The notes beneath the pieces are model-generated. The model worked only from the letters and a program-made list of their open reading frames with translations. It did no database searches and was not told the origin of the DNA. A stretch of DNA of 54,022 nt from Verrucomicrobiia bacterium (lineage in GTDB: Bacteria; Verrucomicrobiota; Verrucomicrobiia; Limisphaerales; UBA11358): the NCBI GenBank assembly GCA_036268155.1, contig DATAUQ010000042.1, positions 1-54,022 of the forward strand, read 5' to 3'. Positions 44,600 through 53,293 of this stretch are shown here, piece by piece (positions within the stretch are counted from its first letter, which is position 1; each line of letters begins with the position of its first letter). A program made the position numbers and the translations under genes.

Positions 44600-45076
44600 A
44601 TGCGCTACAAATTTTTCACATTTTGTTTTCTGGTCGAGTTAACGGCGGGGGTTACTGGTTGCGCGACTCAAAAATCAACACCACCGACGGTAGGGTATGT
44701 TGCAGTTGCTTGCCCACAAGATAAGTCGCTGGTCTATCTTTATCGCTCGCGATTTTTTATTCTGAACGAGGGCATCAAAATGTATGTGAATGACAAGCCT
44801 GTCGTCACACTCGGTGGCCATGAATACTGTCCTCTAATTTTAGACCCTGGCTACAAAACATTTTCGCACGAAACAGAAAGTGGCCCTTATGGAGTATTCC
44901 ATTCGATTATGGATGGCATGGCACTCGAGCTTCAGCCCAGCAAAACATACTTTGTCGCATATAGATTTTCGATAAATCCCTTCCAGCACCAACACCCTAG
45001 ACCATGGATGGTTTTGGTTGATCCGGCGACCGGCACGAATGAGATGTCAAGCGACGTGCTTAAAAAACCACTATGA
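44600..45076 (+). CDS. DUF2846-like lipoprotein, AT-rich islet
   Basis: It has a lipobox VTGC after a signal peptide. LVYLYRSRFF...IKMYVNDKPVVTLGGHEYCPLILDPGYKTF follows the DUF2846 pattern as I recall it. GC is lower than the flanks. Confidence 0.55.
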   Translation: MRYKFFTFCFLVELTAGVTGCATQKSTPPTVGYVAVACPQDKSLVYLYRSRFFILNEGIKMYVNDKPVVTLGGHEYCPLILDPGYKTFSHETESGPYGVFHSIMDGMALELQPSKTYFVAYRFSINPFQHQHPRPWMVLVDPATGTNEMSSDVLKKPL

Positions 45077-45173
45077 TGCAGCCTAATATGAAGATAGGCT
45101 GCAAAGATAATTTTGCCTGAATCCGTTTTCACGAGTCATTTACTTTCCGCCGGTTCGCCGCTAAAATTTTCGC

Positions 45174-45986
45174 GTGCTCAATTCCGCCGCCATCTGGAAA
45201 AAGCTCAATTCGCCGCGCCGGTTGTTTCTCATCGCCGGGCCGTGCGTGATTGAAAACGAAAAATTGTGCCGCACCGTCGCCGCGTCGCTCGTCAAGACGT
45301 GCCGGCAGCTTGGAATTTTCTACGTCTTCAAAGCCAGCTTCGACAAGGCCAACCGCACGTCGGGAAAATCATTTCGCGGACCGGGAATTGAAAACGGCTT
45401 GAAAACACTTGCGAAAATTCGTGATGAATTTGAAATTCCAGTTTTGACCGATGTTCATACCGAGTCGCAGGCCACCGCTGCGGGCGAAGTCGTGGACATT
45501 CTGCAAATCCCCGCGTTCCTCTGCCGCCAGACGGATTTGATCGAAGCCGCCGTCGCCACCGGCAAAATCGTTAATCTCAAAAAGGGCCAGTTCCTTTCGC
45601 CGAACGAAATGGGGCGCGTCGCGGAAAAGGCACGGCTCGCGGGCGCGAAAAAAATCCTCCTCACCGAGCGCGGCACGACCTTCGGCTACAACAATCTCGT
45701 CGCCGACATGCGTTCGATCCCGATCATGAAATCGTTCGGCTTCCCCGTGATTTTCGACGCGACACATTCCGTGCAACTGCCCGGCGGCGGCGGCGACAAA
45801 TCATCCGGCCAACGAGAATTCGCACCCGTGCTCGCTCGCGCGGCGCTCGCGTCGGGCGCGAACGGAATTTTTCTCGAGACGCACCCGCAGCCGGACAAGG
45901 CGTTGAGTGACGGGCCGAACATGATTCCGCTGGCGGAGATGCCTGCGCTGCTGAAAAGCCTGCTCAAAATTTTCAACGCTTGCTGA
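45174..45986 (+). CDS. kdsA: 3-deoxy-8-phosphooctulonate (KDO-8-P) synthase
   Basis: LIAGPCVIE...FKASFDKANRTS...LQIPAFLCRQTDL...FDATHSVQLPGG matches KdsA. The gene has a GTG start. Confidence 0.92.
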   Translation: MLNSAAIWKKLNSPRRLFLIAGPCVIENEKLCRTVAASLVKTCRQLGIFYVFKASFDKANRTSGKSFRGPGIENGLKTLAKIRDEFEIPVLTDVHTESQATAAGEVVDILQIPAFLCRQTDLIEAAVATGKIVNLKKGQFLSPNEMGRVAEKARLAGAKKILLTERGTTFGYNNLVADMRSIPIMKSFGFPVIFDATHSVQLPGGGGDKSSGQREFAPVLARAALASGANGIFLETHPQPDKALSDGPNMIPLAEMPALLKSLLKIFNAC

Positions 45987-45987
45987 A

Positions 45988-46530
45988 ATGCCAAAACCAA
46001 TCTCAACCGCGCTCAAAAAGAAACTGGCGCGCATCAAATTATTTTTGTGCGACGTGGACGGCGTGCTGACCGACGGCTCGGTCTTCATCGGCGGCGAGCG
46101 CGAGTGCAAGCGTTTCAATATTCGCGACGGTCTCGGCCTCGTCTTGTTGCGGCGCGCGGGCTTGAAAATTGGCTGGGTCTCGGCGCGGCCTTCACCGGCG
46201 ACAAAATTGCGCGCGGCGGAATTGAAAATCCATTTTCTCGTCGAGCAAAACGACAAGCAGAGCAAGACCGGCGCGATTGAAAAATTTCTCGCGCAGGAAA
46301 AATTAGGCTGGGACGAAGTTTGCTTCGTCGGCGACGACATCGTGGACTTGGGGCCGCTGAAGCGCGCCGGATTTTCCGTTGCTGTCGCGGACGGCGTGGA
46401 CGAGGCGAAGGCGGTGGCGGATTTTGTCACGCTCGCACGCGGCGGTCACGGCGCGATCCGCGAAGTCACCGAGATGATTTTGCAGGCGCAGGGAATCTGG
46501 GCGCCGTTCGTCGCACATTACTCGGAATGA
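45988..46530 (+). CDS. kdsC: KDO-8-phosphate phosphatase (HAD-IIIA)
   Basis: It has the motifs LFLCDVDGVLTDG and GDDIVDL, is ~180 aa long, and follows kdsA directly. Confidence 0.88.
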   Translation: MPKPISTALKKKLARIKLFLCDVDGVLTDGSVFIGGERECKRFNIRDGLGLVLLRRAGLKIGWVSARPSPATKLRAAELKIHFLVEQNDKQSKTGAIEKFLAQEKLGWDEVCFVGDDIVDLGPLKRAGFSVAVADGVDEAKAVADFVTLARGGHGAIREVTEMILQAQGIWAPFVAHYSE

Positions 46531-46991
46531 AAATCAAATTGAACAGCGCCATTGCGGTCTTGTCTGCTTTAATGGCGCTGGGAATTTTCGCCGTCGCGAC
46601 TCGCGCGCAGCAAAACACGGCGGGACACGCGAGCGATTTTTCTTCCGTCGAATATTTTGAGCCGCCGCACCAGCAGTTGATGAAATCGCGGCTGTCAGGC
46701 GCGGAGGCGCAGCCGCTGGCGGGTGGGCTGCTCGCGATTAAACAACTCAAGCTCGAAATGTTTGACACAAATGGCGTTCTGGAAATGGTCGTGAAAGCGC
46801 CGGACTGCGTTTATGACACGCTGCACGGCGTGGCGAGTTCGCCGGGGCATTTACGGCTGGAGACGGGCGATGGAAAATCCCACGTCGAGGGCGACGGTTT
46901 TTTGTGGCGGCAAACGAATTCGTTCCTCACCATTTCAAACAATGTCCACACGGTGATTGAAAATACGGCGGAAAAGAAAACCGGGTTGTGA
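46527..46991 (+). CDS. lptC: LptC-like LPS export protein (membrane-anchored OstA-fold)
   Basis: The internal ATG at 46527 overlaps the kdsC stop (ATGA). It has an N-terminal anchor (AIAVLSALMALGIF) and a beta-rich body, and occupies the canonical position between kdsC and lptA. Sequence evidence alone is weak. Confidence 0.5.
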   Translation: MKIKLNSAIAVLSALMALGIFAVATRAQQNTAGHASDFSSVEYFEPPHQQLMKSRLSGAEAQPLAGGLLAIKQLKLEMFDTNGVLEMVVKAPDCVYDTLHGVASSPGHLRLETGDGKSHVEGDGFLWRQTNSFLTISNNVHTVIENTAEKKTGL

Positions 46992-47560
46992 AAAAATTTT
47001 ATTTCATTACGTTGATGATCATGCTGGGCGGCGAAATATTGCGCACGCAGACGAATGCCGCCGATGCGCCCAAGCCGGCGCGTGCGCCGACGATCATCAA
47101 TTCGGACCGCGCGGATTTTGACATCGCGGCGCGCAAGGCGTTTTATTACGGCAACGTGCGTGTGGATGATCCGCAGATGAAATTGACCTGCGCGCAGATG
47201 GTCGCCGATCTGCCGCAAACGGGCGGCCACATCAATCGTATCGTGGCCGAGACAAATGTCGTCATTGATTCCGTGGACGAAAAAGGGCAGACGAACCACG
47301 CGACCAGTGACAAGGCGGTTTACATTTACAATGTGCAGAATGGCGTGACGAACGAAACGGTCACGCTCACCGGCCATGCGAAGGTGGAAAATGAGCAGGG
47401 CTGGCTCACGGGCGAACCGATTGTATGGGATCGCGCTAACAATTCCTTGCACGCGGAGAACCAGAAAATGCTTTTCCGCCAGAATATCAGCGACGTGATG
47501 ACAAATACTAATTCGGCGGCTGGAAAAACCAACAAGCCGGCTGCGTCAAAAATATTTTAA
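46988..47560 (+). CDS. lptA: LptA-like periplasmic LPS transport protein (OstA N-terminal domain)
   Basis: It has a signal peptide and an OstA_N-type pattern (SDRADFDIAARKAFYYGNVRVDDPQMKLTCAQM...ATSDKAVY...TLTGHAKV). Confidence 0.7.
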   Translation: MKKFYFITLMIMLGGEILRTQTNAADAPKPARAPTIINSDRADFDIAARKAFYYGNVRVDDPQMKLTCAQMVADLPQTGGHINRIVAETNVVIDSVDEKGQTNHATSDKAVYIYNVQNGVTNETVTLTGHAKVENEQGWLTGEPIVWDRANNSLHAENQKMLFRQNISDVMTNTNSAAGKTNKPAASKIF

Positions 47561-48309
47561 TGGAAAATTCTGCGTCACAACCGGACAATCTTTTGCTCAC
47601 CACGGAAAAACTGGTGAAGGAATATCGTGGACGCCGCGTGGTCAACGGCGTTTCGGTCAGCGTGAGCGCGGGCGAAATTGTCGGCTTGCTTGGACCGAAC
47701 GGCGCGGGCAAGACGACGACGTTCAACATGGTCGTCGGCGTGGTGAAACCGGACGAGGGCTTTGTAAAATTTCAAGACCGCAAAATCACCACGCTGCCGA
47801 TGCACAAGCGCGCGCGGCTGGGCATCGGTTATCTGACGCAGGAGCCGTCAGTGTTCCGCAAACTTTCCGTCGAGGAAAATATTCTGGCGATTTTGGAAAC
47901 GTGCAAGCTGTCTGGCGAAGAGCGTGCTGTGCGTTTGAAATATTTGCTCGATGAACTGGATTTGACGCCAATTGGGAAGAGCAAGGCGTATCAATTGAGC
48001 GGCGGCGAGAAGCGGCGGCTGGAAATCACCCGCGCGCTCGTGACCAGTCCGAAACTGCTTTTGCTCGACGAGCCGTTCAGCGGCATTGATCCAATTGCGG
48101 TTTATGAAGTGCAGAAAATAGTGCGCCGTTTGAAGGAACGCGGGCTGGGCATTTTGATCACCGACCACAATGTGCGCGAAACCTTGAAGTTGATTGACCG
48201 CGGCTACATCATCCACAAAGGACAGGTGCTGGTGGAAGGTTCGGCGGAATTTCTGGCGAACGACCCGAAGGCCCGGGAAATTTATCTGGGGCCGGAATTT
48301 AATTTGTGA
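47560..48309 (+). CDS. lptB: LPS export ABC transporter ATPase
   Basis: It has Walker A GPNGAGKTT, the signature LSGGEKRRLEI, Walker B LLLDEPFSGIDP, and an LptB-type C-terminus (EIYLG). Confidence 0.92.
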   Translation: MENSASQPDNLLLTTEKLVKEYRGRRVVNGVSVSVSAGEIVGLLGPNGAGKTTTFNMVVGVVKPDEGFVKFQDRKITTLPMHKRARLGIGYLTQEPSVFRKLSVEENILAILETCKLSGEERAVRLKYLLDELDLTPIGKSKAYQLSGGEKRRLEITRALVTSPKLLLLDEPFSGIDPIAVYEVQKIVRRLKERGLGILITDHNVRETLKLIDRGYIIHKGQVLVEGSAEFLANDPKAREIYLGPEFNL

Positions 48310-48382
48310 TTCGTTGCATCGTTGAATTGCCGCCTCGAATAAAATATATTTTGTTTTAACGACGCACTGGTTCAACAATTTT

Positions 48383-49351
48383 GTGAAACCCATGGCACAT
48401 TTATCCATCACGGTTGAGCAGTTTTTCAAGGAACACGGCGCCGCGCTGCAAATGCGGCTCGTCGCGGACGGGTCGGATTTGAAGCGCATCATCCGCGAAC
48501 CGACGGTCAACCGGCCCGGCCTGGCGTTGAGCGGGTTCACGCAGTATTTCGCCTACAAGCGCATCCAGGTCTTCGGCCACGCGGAATTTTTTTACCTGCG
48601 GTCGCTGACCCGCGAACAGCGCGAGTCGCGTTACGCCTATCTGTTCGCCTACAAAATCCCGTGCATCGTCTTCAGCCGCGGATTGAAGCCGGACAAGGAA
48701 TTCATCGCCGCCGCCGAAAAAGCGGGCGTGCCAGTTTTTCAAAGTCCGCTTGTGACGATGAATTTCATCAACGCCGCGACGCTCGAACTGGAAACCATGT
48801 TTGCGCCGCGCGGCACGGAAATCGGCAGCATGGTGGACATCCTCGGCGTCGGCGTCGTCATCAAGGGCGATAGCGGCATCGGCAAAAGCGAGGCCGTGCT
48901 CGCGCTCATCGAGCGCGGCTACAGCCTCGTGTCCGACGACGTGACAAAAGTTTCGCTCGTCGGCGGCCACGAAGTCCTCGGCACCAGCGGCGAGTTGACG
49001 CGCAACCACATGGAGATTCGCGGCATCGGCATCATCAATGTCGCCGCCATGTTCGGCATCAAAAGCGTCCGCCGCGACAAGACGCTCAATCTCATCGTCA
49101 CTCTCAAGCAGTGGGACGAAGTCGCCGACGTGGAACGCCTCGGCATGGAGCAGGAATTCCTCAAAGTTCTTGGCGTGGACATTCCGCACATCACGATTCC
49201 CGTGCGCCCGGGACGCGACCTCGCGCGGTTGATCGAAGTCGCCGCCTACCAGACGAAGTTGAAAAATTCCGGCTACAACGCCGCGCAGGAATTGAACGAA
49301 CGCCTGATCGCGCACATGACGGCGGCCAGTCCGCCGCCGGACGCAAAATAA
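48383..49351 (+). CDS. hprK: HPr kinase/phosphorylase
   Basis: It has the P-loop GDSGIGKSE and LVSDDV...EIRGIGIINV motifs. The start could instead be the ATG at 48392. Confidence 0.9.
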   Translation: MKPMAHLSITVEQFFKEHGAALQMRLVADGSDLKRIIREPTVNRPGLALSGFTQYFAYKRIQVFGHAEFFYLRSLTREQRESRYAYLFAYKIPCIVFSRGLKPDKEFIAAAEKAGVPVFQSPLVTMNFINAATLELETMFAPRGTEIGSMVDILGVGVVIKGDSGIGKSEAVLALIERGYSLVSDDVTKVSLVGGHEVLGTSGELTRNHMEIRGIGIINVAAMFGIKSVRRDKTLNLIVTLKQWDEVADVERLGMEQEFLKVLGVDIPHITIPVRPGRDLARLIEVAAYQTKLKNSGYNAAQELNERLIAHMTAASPPPDAK

Positions 49352-49391
49352 AATTCAATGGCGCGACGCCCTGACATGGTTTAACCTTGGC

Positions 49392-49700
49392 ATGAGCAAA
49401 ACGATGAGTGCAAAAAAACTGGCGGACGCCGACTTCTTCACCAAGGAAATCACCGTCTCGAACAAGCTGGGCATCCACGCCCGGCCCGCCGCGCTCTTCG
49501 TCAAGACCGCCAACCGGTTCGCCTGCGACATCTTCGTGGAAAAGGACGGCGAGAAAATCAACGGCAAGAGCATCATGGGCCTGATGATGCTCGCCGCCGG
49601 TCCGGGCAGCAAACTCACCATCCACGCCACCGGTGCCGACGCGCCGCAGGCCATCGCCGAGATTGAAGCGTTGGTGAAGCGAAAGTTTGATGAGGAATAA
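49392..49700 (+). CDS. ptsH: Phosphocarrier protein HPr
   Basis: It has the His-15 region NKLGIHARPA and the Ser-46 region NGKSIMGLMML. Confidence 0.9.
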   Translation: MSKTMSAKKLADADFFTKEITVSNKLGIHARPAALFVKTANRFACDIFVEKDGEKINGKSIMGLMMLAAGPGSKLTIHATGADAPQAIAEIEALVKRKFDEE

Positions 49701-49738
49701 AAATTGTCGCTGGGCATTTTTTGGTTTTCAATGAGCGC

Positions 49739-50026
49739 ATGGCTGAAGCTCAATTCGACATCAAATACGTCGCGCATCTCGCGCGCATCGCGCTCACGCC
49801 CGATGAGGAAAAAAAACTCGCCGCACAACTCGGCGGCATTCTCGGCTACATCGAAAAATTGAAGGAACCCGACGTGACGAACGTCGAGCCGACCGCGCAC
49901 GCTGTCCCGATGGTCAACGTCACCCGCGCCGACGAACTCCGCCCGTCGCTCCCGCACGAAGAAGCATTACGCAATGCGCCGAGGCAGGCTAACGGACTTT
50001 TCATCGTCCCAAAAATCGTGGAGTGA
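49739..50026 (+). CDS. gatC: Asp/Glu-tRNA amidotransferase subunit C
   Basis: YVAHLARIALTPDEEKKLAAQLGGILGYIEKLKEPDVTNVEPTAH matches GatC, and the length is ~95 aa from the ATG at 49739. Confidence 0.88.
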   Translation: MAEAQFDIKYVAHLARIALTPDEEKKLAAQLGGILGYIEKLKEPDVTNVEPTAHAVPMVNVTRADELRPSLPHEEALRNAPRQANGLFIVPKIVE

Positions 50027-50029
50027 ACC

Positions 50030-50806
50030 ATGCCTGACATCGGCAACTATACGCACACCACAGAATTGGTTCTTGGCGAGGCAGGCAAGTATTTTGCCCT
50101 GCTGCTGTTTTCCGTCCTGGCCATCCGGCTTTGGCGGCGGTGGGCAAAAACTTCCGCCGCTGACAAGCTGAACAGCCTGCTCGTTGCCTTCGCGGCAACT
50201 TTGATCGCGGTTGCCATTGGATGTTTTTCCATGTGCCAGAGCCTTGGCAAACTTTACTCGCATTACGGCATGGAAGCTTTTCATGCCGGACGGCTTTTGC
50301 AGGCGCAATCCCTTTTTGAAAGTTCTGCAAAATTCTGGAACAGTCCTGACGCATTGGGACAGAAAGGCGTCTGCTTGCTGATGTCAGGCAATACCGAACA
50401 GGGACTGCCATTGATCGAAGAAGCCAAAGCCCGGCGCAAAGGCACCGGCACTTCATTCGAGGAATTTTACGAAGGCCTGTATTATTTCACGCGCGGCCAA
50501 CGGACCAATGGCGTCCCGCTGCTGGAGGCCGCTTCCGCCGACCAGACCTACCGCTGGAGCGTGGTCAAACTTTTTGCGGTCATGGAACTGGATGGAAACT
50601 ATCCCGACGACGCGGCGAAATTGATGAAGCCTTTTATGGCCACTGAAATCACCGAAAGCGATCAAGCCTATGTCATTGCCTCGCTCAAACTGGCCGAAGG
50701 AAAGACAAATGAAGCGCAGGCCATCTTGGATAAATTTTCCACCCGAGAACTTTCACCGGCATGGAAAACCCGATATGAAAAACTCCAGGCCCAAATTCAC
50801 AACTGA
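50030..50806 (+). CDS. Two-TM membrane protein with a helical-repeat (TPR-like) soluble domain, function unknown
   Basis: It has two hydrophobic helices (YFALLLFSVLAIRLW; LLVAFAATLIAVAIGCF) and then helical-repeat-like sequence. It is inserted between gatC and gatA. Confidence 0.55.
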   Translation: MPDIGNYTHTTELVLGEAGKYFALLLFSVLAIRLWRRWAKTSAADKLNSLLVAFAATLIAVAIGCFSMCQSLGKLYSHYGMEAFHAGRLLQAQSLFESSAKFWNSPDALGQKGVCLLMSGNTEQGLPLIEEAKARRKGTGTSFEEFYEGLYYFTRGQRTNGVPLLEAASADQTYRWSVVKLFAVMELDGNYPDDAAKLMKPFMATEITESDQAYVIASLKLAEGKTNEAQAILDKFSTRELSPAWKTRYEKLQAQIHN

Positions 50807-50809
50807 TTT

Positions 50810-51799
50810 ATGGCGCGAAAAATCATCTCCTTCGTCCTGCATTGCCGGCTGGAAGACGTCATCGCGGCGGGATTTTCCGCCACGCTTTTGGTGTTTTTTT
50901 CCACCACCAGCTTTTTCCATTCGTTTCAACTCAACGGCCACGACATTATTTTCATCCTGCTGCCCGTCGGCATCCTGGGCGTAAAATGCCTGCTGGAAAT
51001 GCTTTTTTCACCGGAAGCCGACGGCGAAAAACTGGACACGGGAAAATACCTCGCCAATTTTTTCAAACCCCTGCTGAAAATCTTCCGCGACTGGTTTCCG
51101 TTCCTGCTGTTGAGCGCCTGTTATTATGCGCTTTATACAAACCTGTTGCTGCGTGTGAATCCACACACGGCGGACGGTTTTTTATCGCGCATTGACGCCG
51201 CGCTGCTCGGCAACCAGGCGTCCATACTGCTCCAGCCTTGGATCAATCCCTGGCTCACAGATTTTTTCTATCTCATTTATTTCTCCTATGTTTTTTCTCT
51301 GCCGGCCGTCGCCTTATATCTCTATCTAACAAAAAAGGAAAAAATTTTCCGGCGCGTGATGATGGGTTATCTCACTTTGATGTTGATGGGCATCACCAGC
51401 TATCTGCTCGTTCCCGCCACCGGCCCGGAAAAATTCTTCGCCGACCAGTTCACCAGTGATTTGCAAGGCCACACCGTCAGCCGGGGCGTGGACTATGTCA
51501 TCAACGTCGGACGGGTGGGATACGATTGTTTTCCATCGCTTCATGTGGGGATTCCGCTCTTGCTGTCATTTTATCTGCGCGATTATCGCAGAAAATTATT
51601 TGTTCCGGCTTTGATTTATGTCGGGCTGATGTGCGGTGCCACGATTTATCTGCGTTATCACTACGTCACGGATGTCATCGCCGCTTTTGCCTACGCGCCG
51701 GTGGCGTATTGGCTGAATGATTTTTTGTTGTCACGCTGGCCGGGCGAACGAATCTCAATCGCCTCAGTTAAAAATCCGGCGCCAAAACAGACCGGCTGA
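50810..51799 (+). CDS. PAP2-superfamily membrane protein (PAP2_3 / AUR1-inositolphosphotransferase-like)
   Basis: It is polytopic, with the C-terminal motifs CFPSLHVG and RYHYVTDV that define the PAP2_3 branch. Confidence 0.65.
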   Translation: MARKIISFVLHCRLEDVIAAGFSATLLVFFSTTSFFHSFQLNGHDIIFILLPVGILGVKCLLEMLFSPEADGEKLDTGKYLANFFKPLLKIFRDWFPFLLLSACYYALYTNLLLRVNPHTADGFLSRIDAALLGNQASILLQPWINPWLTDFFYLIYFSYVFSLPAVALYLYLTKKEKIFRRVMMGYLTLMLMGITSYLLVPATGPEKFFADQFTSDLQGHTVSRGVDYVINVGRVGYDCFPSLHVGIPLLLSFYLRDYRRKLFVPALIYVGLMCGATIYLRYHYVTDVIAAFAYAPVAYWLNDFLLSRWPGERISIASVKNPAPKQTG

Positions 51800-51801
51800 A
51801 T

Positions 51802-53262
51802 ATGCTGAACCAGCTCACCATTTCCGAACTCGCCACGAAGCTCGCCAAACGCGAGGTTTCCGCGCGCGAAGTCACGCAGTCATGCCTTGACCAAATCGCG
51901 CGGGTGGACGGAAAAATCCACGCCTTCATCAGTTGTAATGAACAAGACGCGCTCGCACAGGCGGATTTGGCTGACGAAGAAATTTTTTCCGGCGCGACTC
52001 ACGCGCAAAAACCGCTGCTCGGAATTCCAATTGGAATCAAAGACGTTCTCGCCGTCAAAAACCAGCCGCTCAACTGCGGCTCGAAAATCCTCGGAAAATT
52101 CGTTTCGCCTTACGACGCGACGGCGATTGAAAAACTGAAAGCCGCCGGCGCTATCGTTTTTGGCCGCTTGAACATGGACGAATTTGCGATGGGCAGCTCG
52201 ACGGAAAATTCCGCGTTCGGCGTCACCAAAAATCCGTGGGACACGACGCGGATTCCCGGCGGCTCGTCCGGCGGCTCGGCGGCGGCGGTAGCGGCGGATG
52301 AATGCATCGCGTCGCTCGGCACGGATACGGGCGGCTCAATCCGTCAACCGGCGGCATTATGCGGAGTGGTCGGCTTGAAACCGACTTACGGTCGCATTTC
52401 GCGCTATGGCCTCGTCGCGTTCGCCAGTTCGCTCGACCAGATCGGTCCGTTCACTAAAGACGTGCGCGACGCGGCGACGCTGCTTGGCGTTTTGAGCGGC
52501 GTTGATCCGCGCGATTCGACGAGCGTGCCGCAGCCTGTTCCAAATTACGTCGCCGCGCTCGACGGAAAAATCAAGGGACTGAAACTTGGTCTGCCGAAGG
52601 AATACATGATTGGTGGCCTCAACGCGGAAGTAAAAGCCGCCGTAGATACCGCCGTGAAAAAATTTCAGGAACTCGGCGCGGAGATCGTGGAGATTTCTTT
52701 GCCGCACACGGATTATGCCGTGGCGACTTATTACATCATCGCGACCGCCGAGGCGTCGGCAAATCTCGCGCGCTTCGACGGCATTCGTTACGGCGCGCGC
52801 GTTGATGGAAATGATTTGCTCGAACTTTATAGCAAGACGCGCGGCGCGGGTTTCGGCGACGAGGTGAAACGCCGGATTATTTTGGGCACTTACGTTTTGA
52901 GCAGCGGTTATTACGACGCATATTATTTACGCGCGCAAAAAGTCCGCACACTGATCCGCAATGATTTTCTCAAGGCGTTTGAAAAAGTGGACGCCATCGT
53001 CACTCCCACCGCGCCGACGGCGGCGTTCAAGATCGGCGAGAAGTCCGACGATCCCCTGCAAATGTATTTGTCCGACATCTTCACAATCTCCTGCAATCTC
53101 GCGGGTATTTGCGGCGTGAGCATTCCATGCGGTTTCACGAAGACACCGAAACTGCCCATCGGTTTGCAGTTGCTCGGAAAACCGTTTGGCGAAGAAACGC
53201 TTTTGAAAATCGCGCACGCCTATGAGCAGAACACTGCGTGGCACAAAGAGAAACCCTTTTGA
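51802..53262 (+). CDS. gatA: Asp/Glu-tRNA amidotransferase subunit A
   Basis: It has the amidase signature [13 protein letters not shown]...[16 protein letters not shown] and full-length GatA collinearity. Confidence 0.95.
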   Translation: MLNQLTISELATKLAKREVSAREVTQSCLDQIARVDGKIHAFISCNEQDALAQADLADEEIFSGATHAQKPLLGIPIGIKDVLAVKNQPLNCGSKILGKFVSPYDATAIEKLKAAGAIVFGRLNMDEFAMGSSTENSAFGVTKNPWDTTRIPGGSSGGSAAAVAADECIASLGTDTGGSIRQPAALCGVVGLKPTYGRISRYGLVAFASSLDQIGPFTKDVRDAATLLGVLSGVDPRDSTSVPQPVPNYVAALDGKIKGLKLGLPKEYMIGGLNAEVKAAVDTAVKKFQELGAEIVEISLPHTDYAVATYYIIATAEASANLARFDGIRYGARVDGNDLLELYSKTRGAGFGDEVKRRIILGTYVLSSGYYDAYYLRAQKVRTLIRNDFLKAFEKVDAIVTPTAPTAAFKIGEKSDDPLQMYLSDIFTISCNLAGICGVSIPCGFTKTPKLPIGLQLLGKPFGEETLLKIAHAYEQNTAWHKEKPF

Positions 53263-53293
53263 CCTGAAGTGATTTCAGAAACGGAGAAGAAAC

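Noticed and set aside
48383-49700. HprK/HPr taken as evidence for a Firmicutes origin
   Set aside because: The surrounding genes (lpxK, waaF, kdsA, lptABC, H-X9-DG pseudopilin, hopanoid genes) indicate a diderm PVC-type organism. HprK/HPr without a full PTS is known in many Gram-negative lineages.
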